Origin: Hormiphora californensis
Lineage: Eukaryota; Animalia; Ctenophora
Assembly (NCBI GenBank): GCA_020137815.1
Contig: CM035360.1
Coordinates: 3,720,001 to 3,784,000, forward strand
DNA length: 64,000 nucleotides
Direction: 5' to 3'
Shown: one piece after another, positions 25,860-50,900 of the stretch
Position numbering within the stretch: position 1 is the stretch's first letter
Layout of the letters: each line of letters begins with the position of its first letter
Notes under the pieces: model-generated
The model's database searches: none
What the model saw: only the letters and a program-made list of their open reading frames with translations
Told to the model about the DNA's origin: nothing
Translations under genes and position numbers: made by a program

Positions 25860-27907
25860 TTCCTTCTTCACTGAAGCATACCAAGTTGAATATAGTACGA
25901 GATCAATTAATAAAGTAAGCATAATAAGACGGTTTGCACTGCAATTTACAGAGATAAATCGATTTCCGTCTAGTCAACTTCAGATTACGATCTGTCGTTA
26001 TAAATCGAGTAAAAGTATGTAGGAAATATCTTTCTCAATTCTCTTTCTCTCTTTTTCTCTCTCTCATTCCTCTCTCTACCCTCTCTCTCCCACTCTATAT
26101 ATTATGTAACTCTCTCTCCCTCTCTTACTTGTATTAATATTATCACTTGCTACAAGCCGTGGCTACTACATTATGCGGTCCACTACAGTTGTTGAAGTTA
26201 GCTTAGTGTGGAAATGTGTAACTAAACAGTGATATAAGTGTTAATGATAGAAGCAGAGAAAGAAAGAGAGAGAGAGAGAAGGATTTGGAATGAGAGAGAA
26301 AAAGGGAAAATGTGAGAGAGAAGCCCTCAATGCACGAGAGAGAATGAGAGAATAATAATAATAATGAGGAAAGAGTGATGGGAGTTTTAATGACTCATCA
26401 CGCGCCGATAATGATTGATGATCATAACAGCTGTTTATACAACTTTTTCACAGTCTCAATCTCCCTTCGAAAAAGAGAAGAAAATCATGATCAGTAACTC
26501 ACTGAACTAAACTTCATTCAGACTATCTGATCACTAATGGAAGTGTCATTCCCTCTCTCTCTCTCCCTCCATGTGTACTTCATTATCACGTGAATCGTAC
26601 AGTGTGTTTCATCATGTGAGATGGGGGGGGGGGGTGGACGAACCGGGAGAAAAGGACAAGGACCCAGCGAGAGCGCGAGCGAAGAGAGAGAGCGAGACGA
26701 GAGGAGCGGAGAGCGAGAGAGGCGACGATGAGTAGACGAGAGAGGAGAGAGAGCGAGAGGCGAGGAGAGAGAAGAGAGAGAGAGAAGAGCAGAGAGAGAG
26801 AGAGAGAAGAGAAGAGAGAGAGAGAGCGAGAGAGAGAGAGCGCTATATAGATCTCTCTTCTCTCGCTCTCTCTCTATCTTCTCTGGCGATCTTTCGCTCT
26901 CTCTCCTTCTATTCTCTCTATCTCTCTCTCCTATCTCTCTCCCTCTCTTTCTCTCTCTATCTCTTTCTCTTTCTATCTATCTATCTCTATCTCTCTCCCT
27001 CTCTATCTATCTCTCTCTCGCTGTCTCTGTCTCCCTATCTCCCTGTACTTCTATCTCTCTCGAAAACAATAGGTAGCCTCGATTACTTATAGTGAATGAC
27101 CATGCATGATTGTCAATAGCCGAAACGAAGAGAGCTCATAGGGAGAGGGAGAGATAGAGAGAGATAGAAGTGATCAGAGAGAACCTTGAAATACAATGTC
27201 AATATACACAGGATGAATGAGGTGTGGCTCACACATATCAATTGCAACTGCTGAACTGCAACTATGAAATAAAAACAGTGCTGTTCGTTCTAAAAAGCTG
27301 ACTTTTATATTCAACGAAAGGCACATACAGCGAATGATTTCTCAATCAGAGAGAGCGAGATCAAAACACATTATGTCAGTATATCAACAATCGAGCGAGC
27401 TAAACAAACGTCACGCGAGTTTCGCAACTTAGTTTCAAAACAATGAGAAGGAGGATCTAGTGCAGCAATGATGCAACATTTTGACGCAGATTGTCGGGGT
27501 GTGACTGTTTCATTCTTTCTAGCTTGGAAGTGGAAGCTATTAGGAACAATGATAGGGTAGCTTGGTAGCTTGGAAGTGGAAACTATTAGGAACCTTCAAC
27601 ACAATGTGGGGTTGATTATACTGGGACTACTCTAGATTGGCTGCTAAGTGGATCAAAATTCAAAAGCAGTGGCAATTGTTGGAATTGGATGGAAAGCATG
27701 AGGCAATATATTGTTGTGCATATAAAACAAAGGGGCAAAGTAAATCAATGTAACTCAATGGCGTGCCTTAATATCTCTCTCGCATGGACACTCAACTATT
27801 GATATTATCTGTTATATAAAACACATACAGTGTGCCGCGAGTCTCAAGTTTTAGGAAAAGAGGGCTGCTGGATAGATCATCTCGACCGGGGTGGGTGACT
27901 AGCAGTA

Positions 27908-27995
27908 ACAAGTAAACAACCAATCAGAACTCGTTATTTAGGTCACTTGACTGGTTATCAGCCAATCAGGGACCAGTATTTCCTGATTCGACCGG
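27908..27995. mobile_element. Truncated copy of the hAT-type MITE
   Basis: acaagtaaacaaccaatcagaactcgttatttaggtcacttgactggttatcagccaatcagggaccagtatttcctgattcg. Confidence 0.85.
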
Positions 27996-30900
27996 GGTAG
28001 GTGACTATTATAGTGCCACGTGTATGAGGGGGTGGGAAAAATAAACACCCACTTGAGTCACGCAAACATGAACTAGATATATTCCATATATGCAAATGGA
28101 AATCAGAAAGAATAATACTCCACTCGATCTGCTTCAGGACGCATTTATAATTTATGATATCAATTCTCACGGTAACACGCATAATATGCAAAAATCACCA
28201 CCGAGATTTTGCGGTCTGTTTGAAAGTTTGAGTTGGTCGGCCAATGGTTTGTACTATATTAATAACTGAATGGGTTATTTATAGAATATATGTATAGAGA
28301 CATGTTGTATAGTAGTACAGTTTATACCCTAGGCTATATAATTACTAATATTCTGTGAACAATAGATAATTTATTTAGTGTACACAGCCCCATAGAATGC
28401 TGCTGAAGGTGATATATTCAGAATATGTTCTTAGTAGAAAAAATATCACTCTTATTTGTTCTACTAGATTGAATTATGGTCTACTTCATAACTGAATGAG
28501 GATTCCTCTAAGGCCGAAAAAAGGGGCCGCAATTAAATTTGCGGTAGGAACTTGACATCCTGCTGCAGTGTGAGAGGGCGACGTGCCCCTCTGATATGAA
28601 CTATGTATGAACTGAGACAGAACACTTAGAAAGTTTTAAATTTATCTGCAAGCGTACGGATCAAAAAGTAAAGCTGATATATATACTAAGAAAGGTAGTA
28701 CACGACAAAATAATTACTGGCCCTGTTTTTGAGCTGCTGTAAGACAACACCCTGTGAAATGAAGCAATGAGATTGTGAGGGAGGGAACATGAGAGAAAGA
28801 GAGATAGGAAAATAATTTGGCCGAATACAAATTTGACAATGGTACTCGCTCGGAAAAAACATCTGTGCATAACTTTTACAAATACACCATGACCAGTATT
28901 CGTCAGAACTCAGAGCATGGGCGGGGCAATAGCTGTCTCGTGTGACAGTAAAGAACTAAAACTAAACTATACTGTAAAAACTAAACTAAACTCTAAACAG
29001 CAGTATGAACAAAAAAGAGGCTCAACCTCAACGGTGGGGCGGTGTTCAAACCCTGAGAGAGGAAGGGTCGAGCAAGTTCAACTATGGAAGTGGACCTGTC
29101 GTAGAACAACAAAAACAACTGCAGTTACACACACATATTCATGTGTCTCTCTTGCCAGACAGTGGCACCATGAAAACATCCTGGATACATTGGAAGAGGG
29201 CCTATAAAAGGTGCAAGTGCAGTCTGTCTGGAGGGACTGTCTGGCTAGATCTGAGACACTTCCACACGCAAGATTAGGTTTTGAGAGCTAAAAAGGTGTC
29301 TGGCATCACCAGACAGCAAGTGCAGACCAAGGGCGGTTATCTGTTCTAGATCTCCTCGCCCCTACTACAGAGTACAGTTAGTACTGTATCTATTCGTGAT
29401 CATTGACTAGGCAGCTGTTATGCAGTATGTATAAATATACATCATATCGTAGAGATCAGCTTTAAAATTACTAGTATTTATTTAAATAGGTCTGAACATC
29501 ATAAATTAAGTGTCTCGGTAGCATCTATTTTGCATAAAAATTCGATTCTGGTACATTATGAATAATCGATACATTATATTATACAATATGAAAGCGAGAT
29601 AATTAAATATTTATCATAAACTCGATTTACAGCTGTCTGGCGCCGCGACCCATCTGAGCGCACTGTATGGCGCCGCCATACAGATTTACAGTCGGAATCC
29701 TCTTTTTGTGTTAGAGGGGGTAATGGCGAACAGTAATATTTTTAAGTAAGATGATGATGATGATGACACCAATATAATTCCCTAAATGACACACACACAA
29801 TATGTTACAATATGTTACAATAGCTCATGGTTTCCTGCAATATATGACACAACAACGTATGGCTTCATCGGTATAGATCACTACAATAACACACGTAATC
29901 GATACGAGTCAACTGGAGTGGTTTGCTATTAATTAAAGGAGGTGGTGAGAACAGATCATTTCGAGACCATTATATATTATGTATTGAGATAGGTATATAC
30001 GCTAGAGAAATATAACTTTTAGGTTAGGCTTCAAAGGGGTGTTCGCACGAGGAGATGACCCCATGCTCAACGACAAAGGATCTGAATTTGTACAGCTTCG
30101 ATTAAATAACTAAAAGTTAGGCCACATGTGTAATTTAACACAGCTCGCGTGATCAACGGACATAGGAAAATCTGCACTAGGAAACGTTTAAAATTCTATT
30201 TTAGAGAGAAAAAGAGAGTCAGAAGAATAGATAGAAGGGTTGGCCGGTCATACGTCAATCATGAATGGAATAGAAAGGAGGGAGAAGGAAATCAATTATT
30301 TAGACAACTCAGAACTGTCCTTAAATTTTAATAGGGGTACCTTGCTTTAAGTTCGGTGTGACTTTGAAGCATCTCAGTCACTTATTATTATGTGGGAACA
30401 ATATATGTACTATAGCATATACAGATACTTCAATAAGTATTCTTCAGAGCTTCTATAAGCTTCTACAAATTGTGTTTAAGTAGCATAATACTTGAATTTC
30501 TTATTATTTTCTCGTTGGCACAATTAGAGCTTTTCGTCACGAGCTCCCAACGAGCGACGACGTTTCGACGGATAAAAAGTAAGACACAGGGACAATATAT
30601 CTTCTTTACATAGCAATATAACATATATGTAGCCAGAACTGGACTGTCTGGCGGCGCTGACCGGTTATCTATATCCAATCTGACTATCTGGGCGCAATAT
30701 TTGAGAATCAAAACGGGGTCTGTCACCGCCAGACAGTGTGTAAACATGTTATATTTATACCTGGAGTAATAGTAAGATAGGGAGTCCTCTGAACGTCAAG
30801 ATATCTCCGTTTTCCTTGAACTGTAGAAGTCGTGGCGGGTGCTGCTGGCACTGCTGAAGTTGCTGGGGATGAACACGACATCTGGTACTAAAATATTTGG

Positions 30901-32157
30901 TTGGAAGTGGTTACATAGAACGAAAAACGCTGAACAGATGGCTAGATTTGAAAAAAAACTCTCCCTCGTTGGTCGTTGACCTGATCAAGAACTCAAAATG
31001 TAGCTCGCAGCATAGGTGGTCAGGGTAGTTTTCTATCTCTTGAAGCTTCCCGGGGTTCAAAGCAAGCAATCGAGATCAGTTGTCATGAAAAGAGATAAAA
31101 ACAATTAATAAAGAAATGTATGGTAGTTTGTTTGGCAATAACAAGATTGTGTACAACAGGTGTATTTTGAGAATACAATCATATTACATTATATATATCT
31201 ATCGGGGAAGTGGTTGCGAGAGAGAGCGAGAGAGAGAAAGCATATATATAGTACAACCGGTTACCCTAAATATGGTAGTCGCATCTTAGAGAGAGAGAGA
31301 GGGGAGGGGATGGTTTTGCAGTTTTATAGTTTAAACAGCGGCCAAACCATGGTGTTACTGGGAATCGTACACCAATATATGTTAGCTGAGCACATGCTTT
31401 TAAATATACTGATTACTGAATTGAAAACAAAAAGTGGGTTTAATATTTAAAACAATTTTATTTCAGTGGATATACTATAACATTTAAAACAATTTGCCGT
31501 GACTGTCTAACTTAGCTGAAGTTATATGGAATCAAATTTTGCTGTCATTTTAAATAGAAGTGGGAGGCCATTAAAGATCCTAAGAAGGGAAGCGGAGAAC
31601 ACGATCACGAACTACTTACTGAATACTGAAGTCTGAAGGCGACCGAGTATTTATGATTAAGATAAATCATCGGACGAAATTTAACCTGCAACTACTTTAG
31701 AATTTGTTAGTGAGGTTTCCAATAAACAATACCCAGTTGGGATTTTTAATTTTTCCAAGGTCAGCTCCATGCTGATCACCCCCTGGAAAAATAGCAACTT
31801 GTTTGCCCAATGCACATACAGATAGATACTGACTTGCCTTGCTCGACCCTGTATCACCACGTGCCCCGCGGGTTTGAACAAAACAAAGGACTGACTATTG
31901 ATGCTGCAGCCCATATAAAAGTGAACCTTGATTTTAAGTTTAACTAGCTAAACACTAAAGATCAAACGACCAATTCGCTCTCAGTATTTTTAATTACACC
32001 TCGCATAATATATATAATGCATAAGGAACCTTCTATGATCATTTTTGATCGCTTCCCTTTCTCTTTCTTACTCTCTCCCTTCCTTTATCTACTGATCTCT
32101 CTATTATATCATGCCCCTCTCTCTGTCTCTCTCTCTCTCTCTCTGTCTCTCTCTGTC

Positions 32158-32217
<60 letters not shown>

Positions 32218-32795
32218 ACTCCTAACTTTTAGCTAGTTAAATATTCTAAATCAGTACTAAAGAGACATACAGATGAAGCGCCACAACTCGAGAACTTGTA
32301 AGACGTATAATGGGGATGGGGGCAGCATATTGGCCTATACAGAGTATTGTTATTGAATGAGATTGATGATTAATCGATATAGTTCACTGATTAATCTCCG
32401 GCCCTGTAGCATTTATTGTCTGTACTAGCTGGGTACTGCATGTATCTTTTAGTACACTCAGGTAACTCTCAATCAATCAGGCACAACATGTGCTGGCATT
32501 TTATCAGACGAAAATAAATCATTAACTTTTTAAGAAACATCAAATATATGGGTAACAGTGCAAATAATAAAATCAAAAGGCGACCAGCACCGTTGTCCGT
32601 TATGTCCATTTAAATCAATTCACGCCCTTTTGGTTCTTAGAAACGTTGTAGAATGTCACACTGTCTGCCAACTTCCCTCTCTCATAGTATGAGTCATACC
32701 CTCTCTGTCGCACTCTACCCTCTCACCCATGGCGACATGTACTCTCTTTCACTCTCCTCCCTCTCTTTCACCCACTCTCCCATCTAGCCTCCATG

Positions 32796-33185
32796 CCTCT
32801 ACCCTCTCATGGCTGCCACCTTCCCCTTTCTACCCTCTCATGGCTGCCACCTTCCCCTCTCTACCCTCTCATGGCTGCTACCTTCTCCCCTCTCTACCCT
32901 CTCATGGCTGCCACCTTCCCCTTTCTACCCTCTCATGGCGGCCACCTTCTCCTCTCTACCCTCTCATGGCTGCCACCTTCTCCCCTTTCTACCCTCTCAT
33001 GGCTGCCACCTTCCCCTCTCTACCCTCTAATGGCTGCCACCTTCCCCTCTCTACCCTCTCGGCCTCTCATGGCTGCCACCTTCGCCTTTCTACCCTCTAA
33101 TGGCTGCCACCTTCGCTTTTCTACCCTCTAATGGCTGCCACCTTCCCCTCTACTAGAATACCGTCTGACCCTCTCTAGTCAGTCT

Positions 33186-33215
<30 letters not shown>
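32796..33215. repeat. ~31-bp minisatellite (ctctaccctctcatggctgccaccttccc) x~12
   Basis: Directly visible; the unit equals the last codons and stop of the prominin terminal exon (EKVAAMRG-stop on the minus strand). Confidence 0.92.
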
Positions 33216-43725
<10,510 letters not shown>

Positions 43726-43838
43726 AGTTATATCAAACCTGATCAAATTTGATGCAGGTTATTCAATATACTGATACAAAATATACACGACGTTCCGTTG
43801 TCTGCAATGTATCTGCACAATCTACGATCCCACGCACC

Positions 43839-43897
<59 letters not shown>

Positions 43898-45794
43898 GAG
43901 AGAGAATCTACAGGCTTGCACGTATACCTCTCTATCTATCTGTTACAGACACGGAACAGAAGTACAAGCACACAAACATCCGCTATCCGATCAAGGCATA
44001 TGATACTACCTTGTATTGAATAACTCGAGGAGTTACAGCTGGGCTTGATTATTCATTTATTCAAGTCCGTATTATTTGGGTTATCCGGTAAGTTACTCAA
44101 CAAGTATATCTGGGTTTATCCGATACGTCTGTCATTGCGAGTTCTAGCCTAGTATTTCAACTATTTTCTTACACACACACAATGGACAAGAATTTGCCCT
44201 AATCCTCCGGATCTGATCACATTGATCCCGGAAACTATTGTGTCAGAGTAGTAACAGCTCACCTACTGTTTACTCAAAGTATGAAGTAAGACCATGACAC
44301 TGCAGGCCACAATACCACACACTGTACCAGATATATCGTATTGTGTTGTTTGAAGGTGTGTTAGTTCTCTGAGAGTGGTTTTCAATATGGCACGACTGGT
44401 TTATCTGCTTCTTATGGTTGTGGGTTATACCTCAGCTCTCGAGTGTTATCGGTGTATGAATGCTAGTAGCACTGCTCTTGATTCTACGGTGGCCAAGTTT
44501 GGTAGGTGGAGATTAGAGAATGAAGGTCCCATATGACTTGTGAAAATTGTTCGACAGAAAAATGAAAATATAACATATCATACCACCTCTCCCCGTCCCC
44601 CCCAAGACAGGATGATGCTCTCTTTTCGGAGCGTGTTCGTCTCGGCATTGCGCGTCGCGGGTGCACGAGCTAGCCCGGGTGAGCGAGCTAACAATAGTGA
44701 ACTTCCATGCGATATAGTACATCGCGCGCATGTAATTGCACTATTGTTAGCTTGTTCGCCCGGGTTTGGTACAGTCTGCGGCGCGCAGTGTTGAGACGAA
44801 CACGTTCCGAAAATGCAGGATAAGTCTTTTCACTTCATCTCCCCTTAATTATATCCCCCGTCCCTGATCCCGACCTTGTTGCTAAATGCTAATCTCCAAT
44901 CCACGCGTCTACCTTCCCCGTCTCTAACGCCCGATTCTCTCCTTTTTTTTTTTTTTTTTTGAGACCTCCCCGTGCTAACATTTGTCACTCCCTGTATTAC
45001 ATAACATGTACCTGTCTCCACGATTTGACAGATGTTAGACTCTGCAGCCACATGATTGACCCCGGTAGTAGGGCCGGAATACTGCCTTTGGGTACCCAAT
45101 CACTGGTACACTACCTAATCATGCGGGTAGTATAGTTACCTGTCTGGCGACGCCGCCCCGTTCTGAACGCATCATCACGGGATCTGTCGCCGCCAGTCAA
45201 GTAGTTACAGTATAAAGTCAAGCAAGCTTGAAACTGGCATAGCATACGACGGTACAACTTATTGCACTTTCCAGCACAGATGTATATTGGGTTCGGGAAT
45301 GAAGCTGGCATTGTAAAATTTTGAGATATAATATAATTCTTTAGGTAGCACTGCTTGTACAACTTATAACACCCCCCAGTGTTATAAGTTTTCACTTATA
45401 ACACCCCCCAGTGATACATGAAAACTTATAACACTGCTGCACTTAGAAGTCCTTACTCCTTACTGTTTCTGTCACACTAAAAACCGTTCGAAAGATAAGC
45501 GTGTACGAACTCCCTCCCTCTCTTTCTTTATGTCACACTCTCAAGCCGTTGCAACACCGAGATCAAGATAACAGTCACGAACTCCCAGACCCACACATTC
45601 TTTATCTCTCTCTCACTCTCGCTAATCTCTCACTCTCTTTACCTATAGATCTCAGGCGTTATCTTATCTCTGCCTGCTACCTTATCATGAATTCGTTCTA
45701 TTGTTACGCCCTAAACTGTCTCTCACTCTTGTTTTAAAAATTTTACAATGCAATTTTATTATGCCTATTTTCGTTGTACCTGACGTCAACAATA

Positions 45795-47347
45795 ATGTCC
45801 CAGATTCTTACACTTTTAGACCTCGCAGGCTCGTGATCGTGATGCTGCATTTAGTGTTCATGAATGTCAAGGAGTGAGCGCCATTTGCTGTTCATGAGTT
45901 GATTTTGTGTTCGTAACCCCTCTGTTATGGCTCACAATAAAAGGGGTGACTTCGTAACCAAATTCTCACCCAGGCCTCCCCAAGTGTGGAGATGAAGATA
46001 ACGACCTGCTATTTCACGAGTGTCCCGATCACTACAAATACGCTAGGTGCTTCAACACCGAGTCCTCGTAAGTGTAAAAACTTGTTGAGTAACAAGAAAA
46101 ACAGCTCCCCAGCCCCACCTCACACTCACAATCCCTCACCCCCACCCTGACAGCTCTTCTTCTCGGGTAGACTTTTTTCTTAAAGTTAGTCGATTCCGGT
46201 TGATTCTATAACACTACCCCACCACCATGCTGTCAGAGGATCAGCCTGACAGACTCTATACTATGACTCTATACTATGTATAACACACATCTAATCTTCC
46301 TAATCAATTCTTCAACACAGGGTAACATACGGAGGTGCAACAATCAAGGTGACGTCACGAGGATGCAAGGACCGAGATGGGGAATACAACCCAGAAGGAT
46401 GGGATTGTACCTGGCTGAACAGTGCCCTCTCTCAATACGCTGGAGTTTCCGATTTCCGGGATTGTAAGTTGATCTGTTTACGGTAAGCGGTAAAGGTTGA
46501 CCCGTCTCCTGAGAATTTTATTTTTATTTGGCCATAAATCAGCCATTTCTTGACCAATTTGCAAAATCTTGGGCTCATTGGAAAGAGGACATTGAGCTCT
46601 TTTAGATTGCGCGGCTTTGCGCGGCGTAATGGCGCAAAATGCGCGTTTTCGCCACTACGCCGCGCAATTTGCGCCAATTTTCATTTTATTGAGCTCATTT
46701 TAAAGATCTCAATGTCCTCTTTCCAATGAGCCCAAGATTTTGCAAATTGGTCAAGAAACGGCTGAGTTATGGCCAAAACAGTTTTAAATTCTCAGGAGAC
46801 GGGTCAACCTTTACCGCTTACCTCTGTTTACCATACACCGGCCGCATCCCGCTTTATAAATAGTATCCTGGGATACTAGATTGAGACGTTGGGGATATTG
46901 AGTGTCGCTCGGTGGTCTACGTCTAAATTATCTAAACCATTTTTCACTCTGTCTTACTTAGTCTTACAATGCGACCTCATAAGGTCTTTACAAGTTTACA
47001 AGTTTACAAGTTTACAATAAAAGTTTTAGTGTACACAACAGGCCTTCCCTTAGTGGGTCCACCTAAATAAATTAAACACGTATCACCTCTCAGCCACTCT
47101 CATACATGAACAGCACATTGAGGGGAAATATCATTGGGTCTTTACCTTATTCGCAAAATTTTAGTATGCGATTCGCATGGTCCTACTAAAATTTTAGCTC
47201 TTATCGGCTGAAAAGCTAACACTTGATTCTATTTCAGGCAAGGACACAGTATGCAAGAAGGACGAGTGTCTGAACTACGACAGTGGGGCTAATTTCATCA
47301 CTCTCTCCGCCATTCTCCTCTCTGCAATTATGGCACTACTCCTATAA
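45795..47347 (+). CDS. Small GPI-anchored Ly6/uPAR (three-finger)-like protein; 5' exon uncertain
   Basis: Exons 45975-46067, 46321-46463, 47238-47347 chain in frame: LPKCGD...ECPDHYKYARCF...TSRGC...WDC...CKDTVCKKDECLNYDSG followed by hydrophobic tail FITLSAILLSAIMALLL-stop. Confidence 0.68.
46482..46822. mobile_element. 341-bp palindromic MITE, Merlin-like
   Basis: Long TIR GGTAAGCGGTAAAGGTTGACCCGTCTCCTGAGAATTT; perfect 9-bp TSD TCTGTTTAC at 46473-46481 and 46823-46831. Confidence 0.88.
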
Positions 47348-47903
47348 AAATTAAAATGTCATACCAAGGGACTGTTAACTGATGTCATTGATGCAATTTG
47401 GAAGTCTCTGTCTAAATACGATTGAATTTGACTGGTTTGGGACTGATAGATTGATATGAACATGACATGGAGTTGGACATTTGATTTGGAAAATTGGTTT
47501 TGGAACGTGAATCACTGAATCGCAATCAATGAATCGTGATTGAACTTAAAATGATGATGTAAAATGTAACTTAAAATCGTTTTTTTATTTGCTGAACACT
47601 GAAATTAACAATGCTTACTCACTCCTTTTGAAATGTCATTATCAATGAAACATTATGTTGCTGCCGCGGACTTAATCTTCTTACACTGCATTGTCAAGCC
47701 GCGCGGTAAAGTAGGCGCGCGCGTGAATTCGAAGACCTAAAAAAAACGAAAAATTGAAAATATTTTTACACAAATTTCAAAATCGTTTTTTTTGTTTCAC
47801 AAAATTTCTGAGGCGTGTTGTGACATGTATGACTAAAAATGTTATCTTTTTTCCCGCCACACTTATCCAATAATCGATTAAAAACACTCATGTAGGTGAT
47901 GAC

Positions 47904-50900
47904 ATGATAAAAGCGCTTTTTAACCGCGAACAAAACGGTCGTTTCACGGTTCAGGAGGAGAAACTTATTGGTGGACTAATAGAGGATAAGTTTTTCACTC
48001 TCAAAAAGTCATCCTATACCTCTGTCAAGTACGACCAAATAATTTTACCGTTTTAGAACATCTTTGGAGCTAATTCTTAAACGTTTGTGCCGCATTTCAG
48101 GTTACACGAGATCCAGACCAAGTCTGTTTTTGCAGTTGCATTCTCGCACGATGGAACCTTGGTAGCTTCCACCCACGCGGATCACACTATCCGTGTTCTC
48201 CTGTAAGTTAAACAGGGATTGGTTTTTAGATTTTAAAACTTGTAAACTTGTCATATATCTTGTAGGTCGGTAGGCTAATCTTGCGGCTGCTAATTTCCTG
48301 ATACTTATCCTGTTTTAATGAAATTTAACAATTATAAAAATCATTCAGATATGAGCCGTTTGGATTGACCCATACCCTTCGAGGACACCTCCGATCTCCC
48401 ATCAGTTTGCAGTTTCATCCCAGCGTAAAGTAATAAAAACCACCCGATTTCTGCCATTTTACTTGTCCCATCCATTTAACTTGTCCTTGCCATTTAACAT
48501 CCCAACATCACAGATCTATCCTGGCAAGTGGTTGTCTGGCTGGACAAGTATATCTATGGAACCTCTCCTCTATGGTCGGTGTTAAGTTATACCAAGTGTG
48601 CCCATTCAGACAAGAACCCACCTCCGCTCACCGGAACCTGCACTATGTTTCAAATCTTCCCGTTGGCTCAATCGCCTTCCATCCTGATGGTGAGTGATCA
48701 CGTTGCCTGTTTCATTCTATGTTCTTAGTGGTGATCTAGGAACCAAATAAATCATAATTCCGACGTGATGATACCCGTGTGTTATTTAAGTTGTTATTTC
48801 GTGACATCTAGAATTGAAGTAACCTACTTACCTAATCATTTCAGGTAAGCATTTGGTGGCCAGTCGGTGTAGACAGTTGACTTTGTGGAACATCAACTCA
48901 CAGGAGCCCATACATACCGCCTTTACAGAGCATGAGAACGAGAGAATCAGGTACATTGATGAGAGCTACTGATATATTGGTACACTCATCTTACTTATTT
49001 TAGGGGGAACCAAAATCGTTTTCTTTCTTCTCCGCTTCAATATTTAGAATTATTTAGATTTCTTTTCCACTCCGTTGATTTTAATTACGTATATCGGACA
49101 GTTAAAGTGTGAATCATGACGCACAACTAACTGAGTTATCATGTTTCACTGGCATTCGTGACATCATACATGTGATCTGTTAAAAGAGATCGTGATAAAT
49201 ATGTGCCGTATGCCATTTCTAGGCTAGAAATGGCAAGCTAGATATTCTAGCTTCTCTGACTGGTTCCCCAAGGGAAATAACCAAGGATAAATCATTATGA
49301 ATCACCATAATATTTGGGTACAACAAACAAACAATATTTCCTCCAGGGGTGTAATGTTTGATCCGTATGGTAGATACATGATAACTGCAATAAGACGAGT
49401 TGATCCACCACCCCCTCCACCCCCTGCTCCTGCCCCCTCAATTAGTGTTGAAACGCCATGGCAACCAAAACAGCCCAGAACCTGGGGCAGAGTTAGTCAT
49501 GTTAGAGAGGCGCTGAATAAGCTGATCTACGCAGGTCAGAAACGGCCTCATTCAGCCGAGGGTGAGTACTGAGTACTGAACATGTACTTGTACTTTAACT
49601 GCAGTACTGATCTCAATAACACGTTACTCCCAGATGAAGCAGATAGGGAGTCCCAGCCAGGACCCAGTAGAAGCCCCGCTGCAGGTCACCACCACCCCCA
49701 GCGAAGGGTCCAACAAGATCATGAACACGAGAGAGTGAAAACTCGTTCCCGCACCTGGTATATCTAATTAGTAATCAGCTTGGTTACAGTAATACTGTAC
49801 AACAGTATGAACCCTATTTTCTTAGTAGTTGCTTCTTTACATTTAATTATCATGATTATATATTATATCACTTACCTCCTTTTTTTTCTTTCAGTGAGCG
49901 AAAGTCAGTGCGATGTCGAACCAGCGGAGAACAACATGGCACTTCCACTTCAACCAGTACTTCAACCAGCACTGACCATGATCCACCACCCCTCCGACCA
50001 AGAACACGGACCAGCTCCCAGCAGACCCAGACAGCCACATCATCATCCGATGCTAGTGTTATGTTAGTCCGGGCATCCTCCACCGAGACGAGATCTTCCA
50101 GTCAGACTCGAGGGAATACTAGCGAGATAACACGAACTAGACACTCAAACGAGGGCTCTAGTTCTCGAACAAGGCACCATATAACTCGGACTAGGCACCA
50201 GGCATCAAGTGAGAGCTCAGGACCAACTGTCCACCCAGCTTCTAGTGAACATACGGCAGTTCGGACCAGGCACGCAGCCTCAAGTGAAAGTTCAACAAGT
50301 CGGAACCAAGCCTCAAGCGAGCACACGACAACCCGATCTCGACATCAAGCAGCAGCCAGCGGTGAGGGGGCAGGTCGATCAGCCAGCGGGGAGGCAGCAG
50401 GTCGATCAGCCAGCGGTGAGGTAGGTCGAGCTGCTGGTGCTGCCACCATTCAGAGAGCAGGGGAAGGAGGGGAGGCACAACCATCAAGGCTGATAACCCA
50501 GCGAACGCTGTGTACTGAATGTCAAGCAGGTAACAGGATAACAACATACTGTTCTGAAATGTCTGTCTTAACTAACCCCCCGCCCCCCCCCCCCTCTAAC
50601 ATCTTACATATCCCTCCCCCTGTAACATCCCCGCTCAAACTTGTAACATTGCATTTCCCCCTCCCCTTGTAACATCTCCCCGCCCTACTCAGATGCCCTA
50701 AACAAGAATGTGGTGCAACTGTGGGAGTGGGAGGACGAGCTGCCCCCTATCCAGGATACTACACACAACATTATATCTTCCTCTACAATCACGGTACACC
50801 TATGATCTATGATCGTACATGTCACATGTGGGAATATTTGACACACACGAACTTTCATACAACCACATACCTTATTATTAGGTTATCTGATAAACACTAT

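Noticed and set aside
45834-45845. In-frame TGA codons in the Ly6-like first exon as possible selenocysteine
   Set aside because: The same frame also hits TAG and no SECIS was identified; an indel error is more parsimonious
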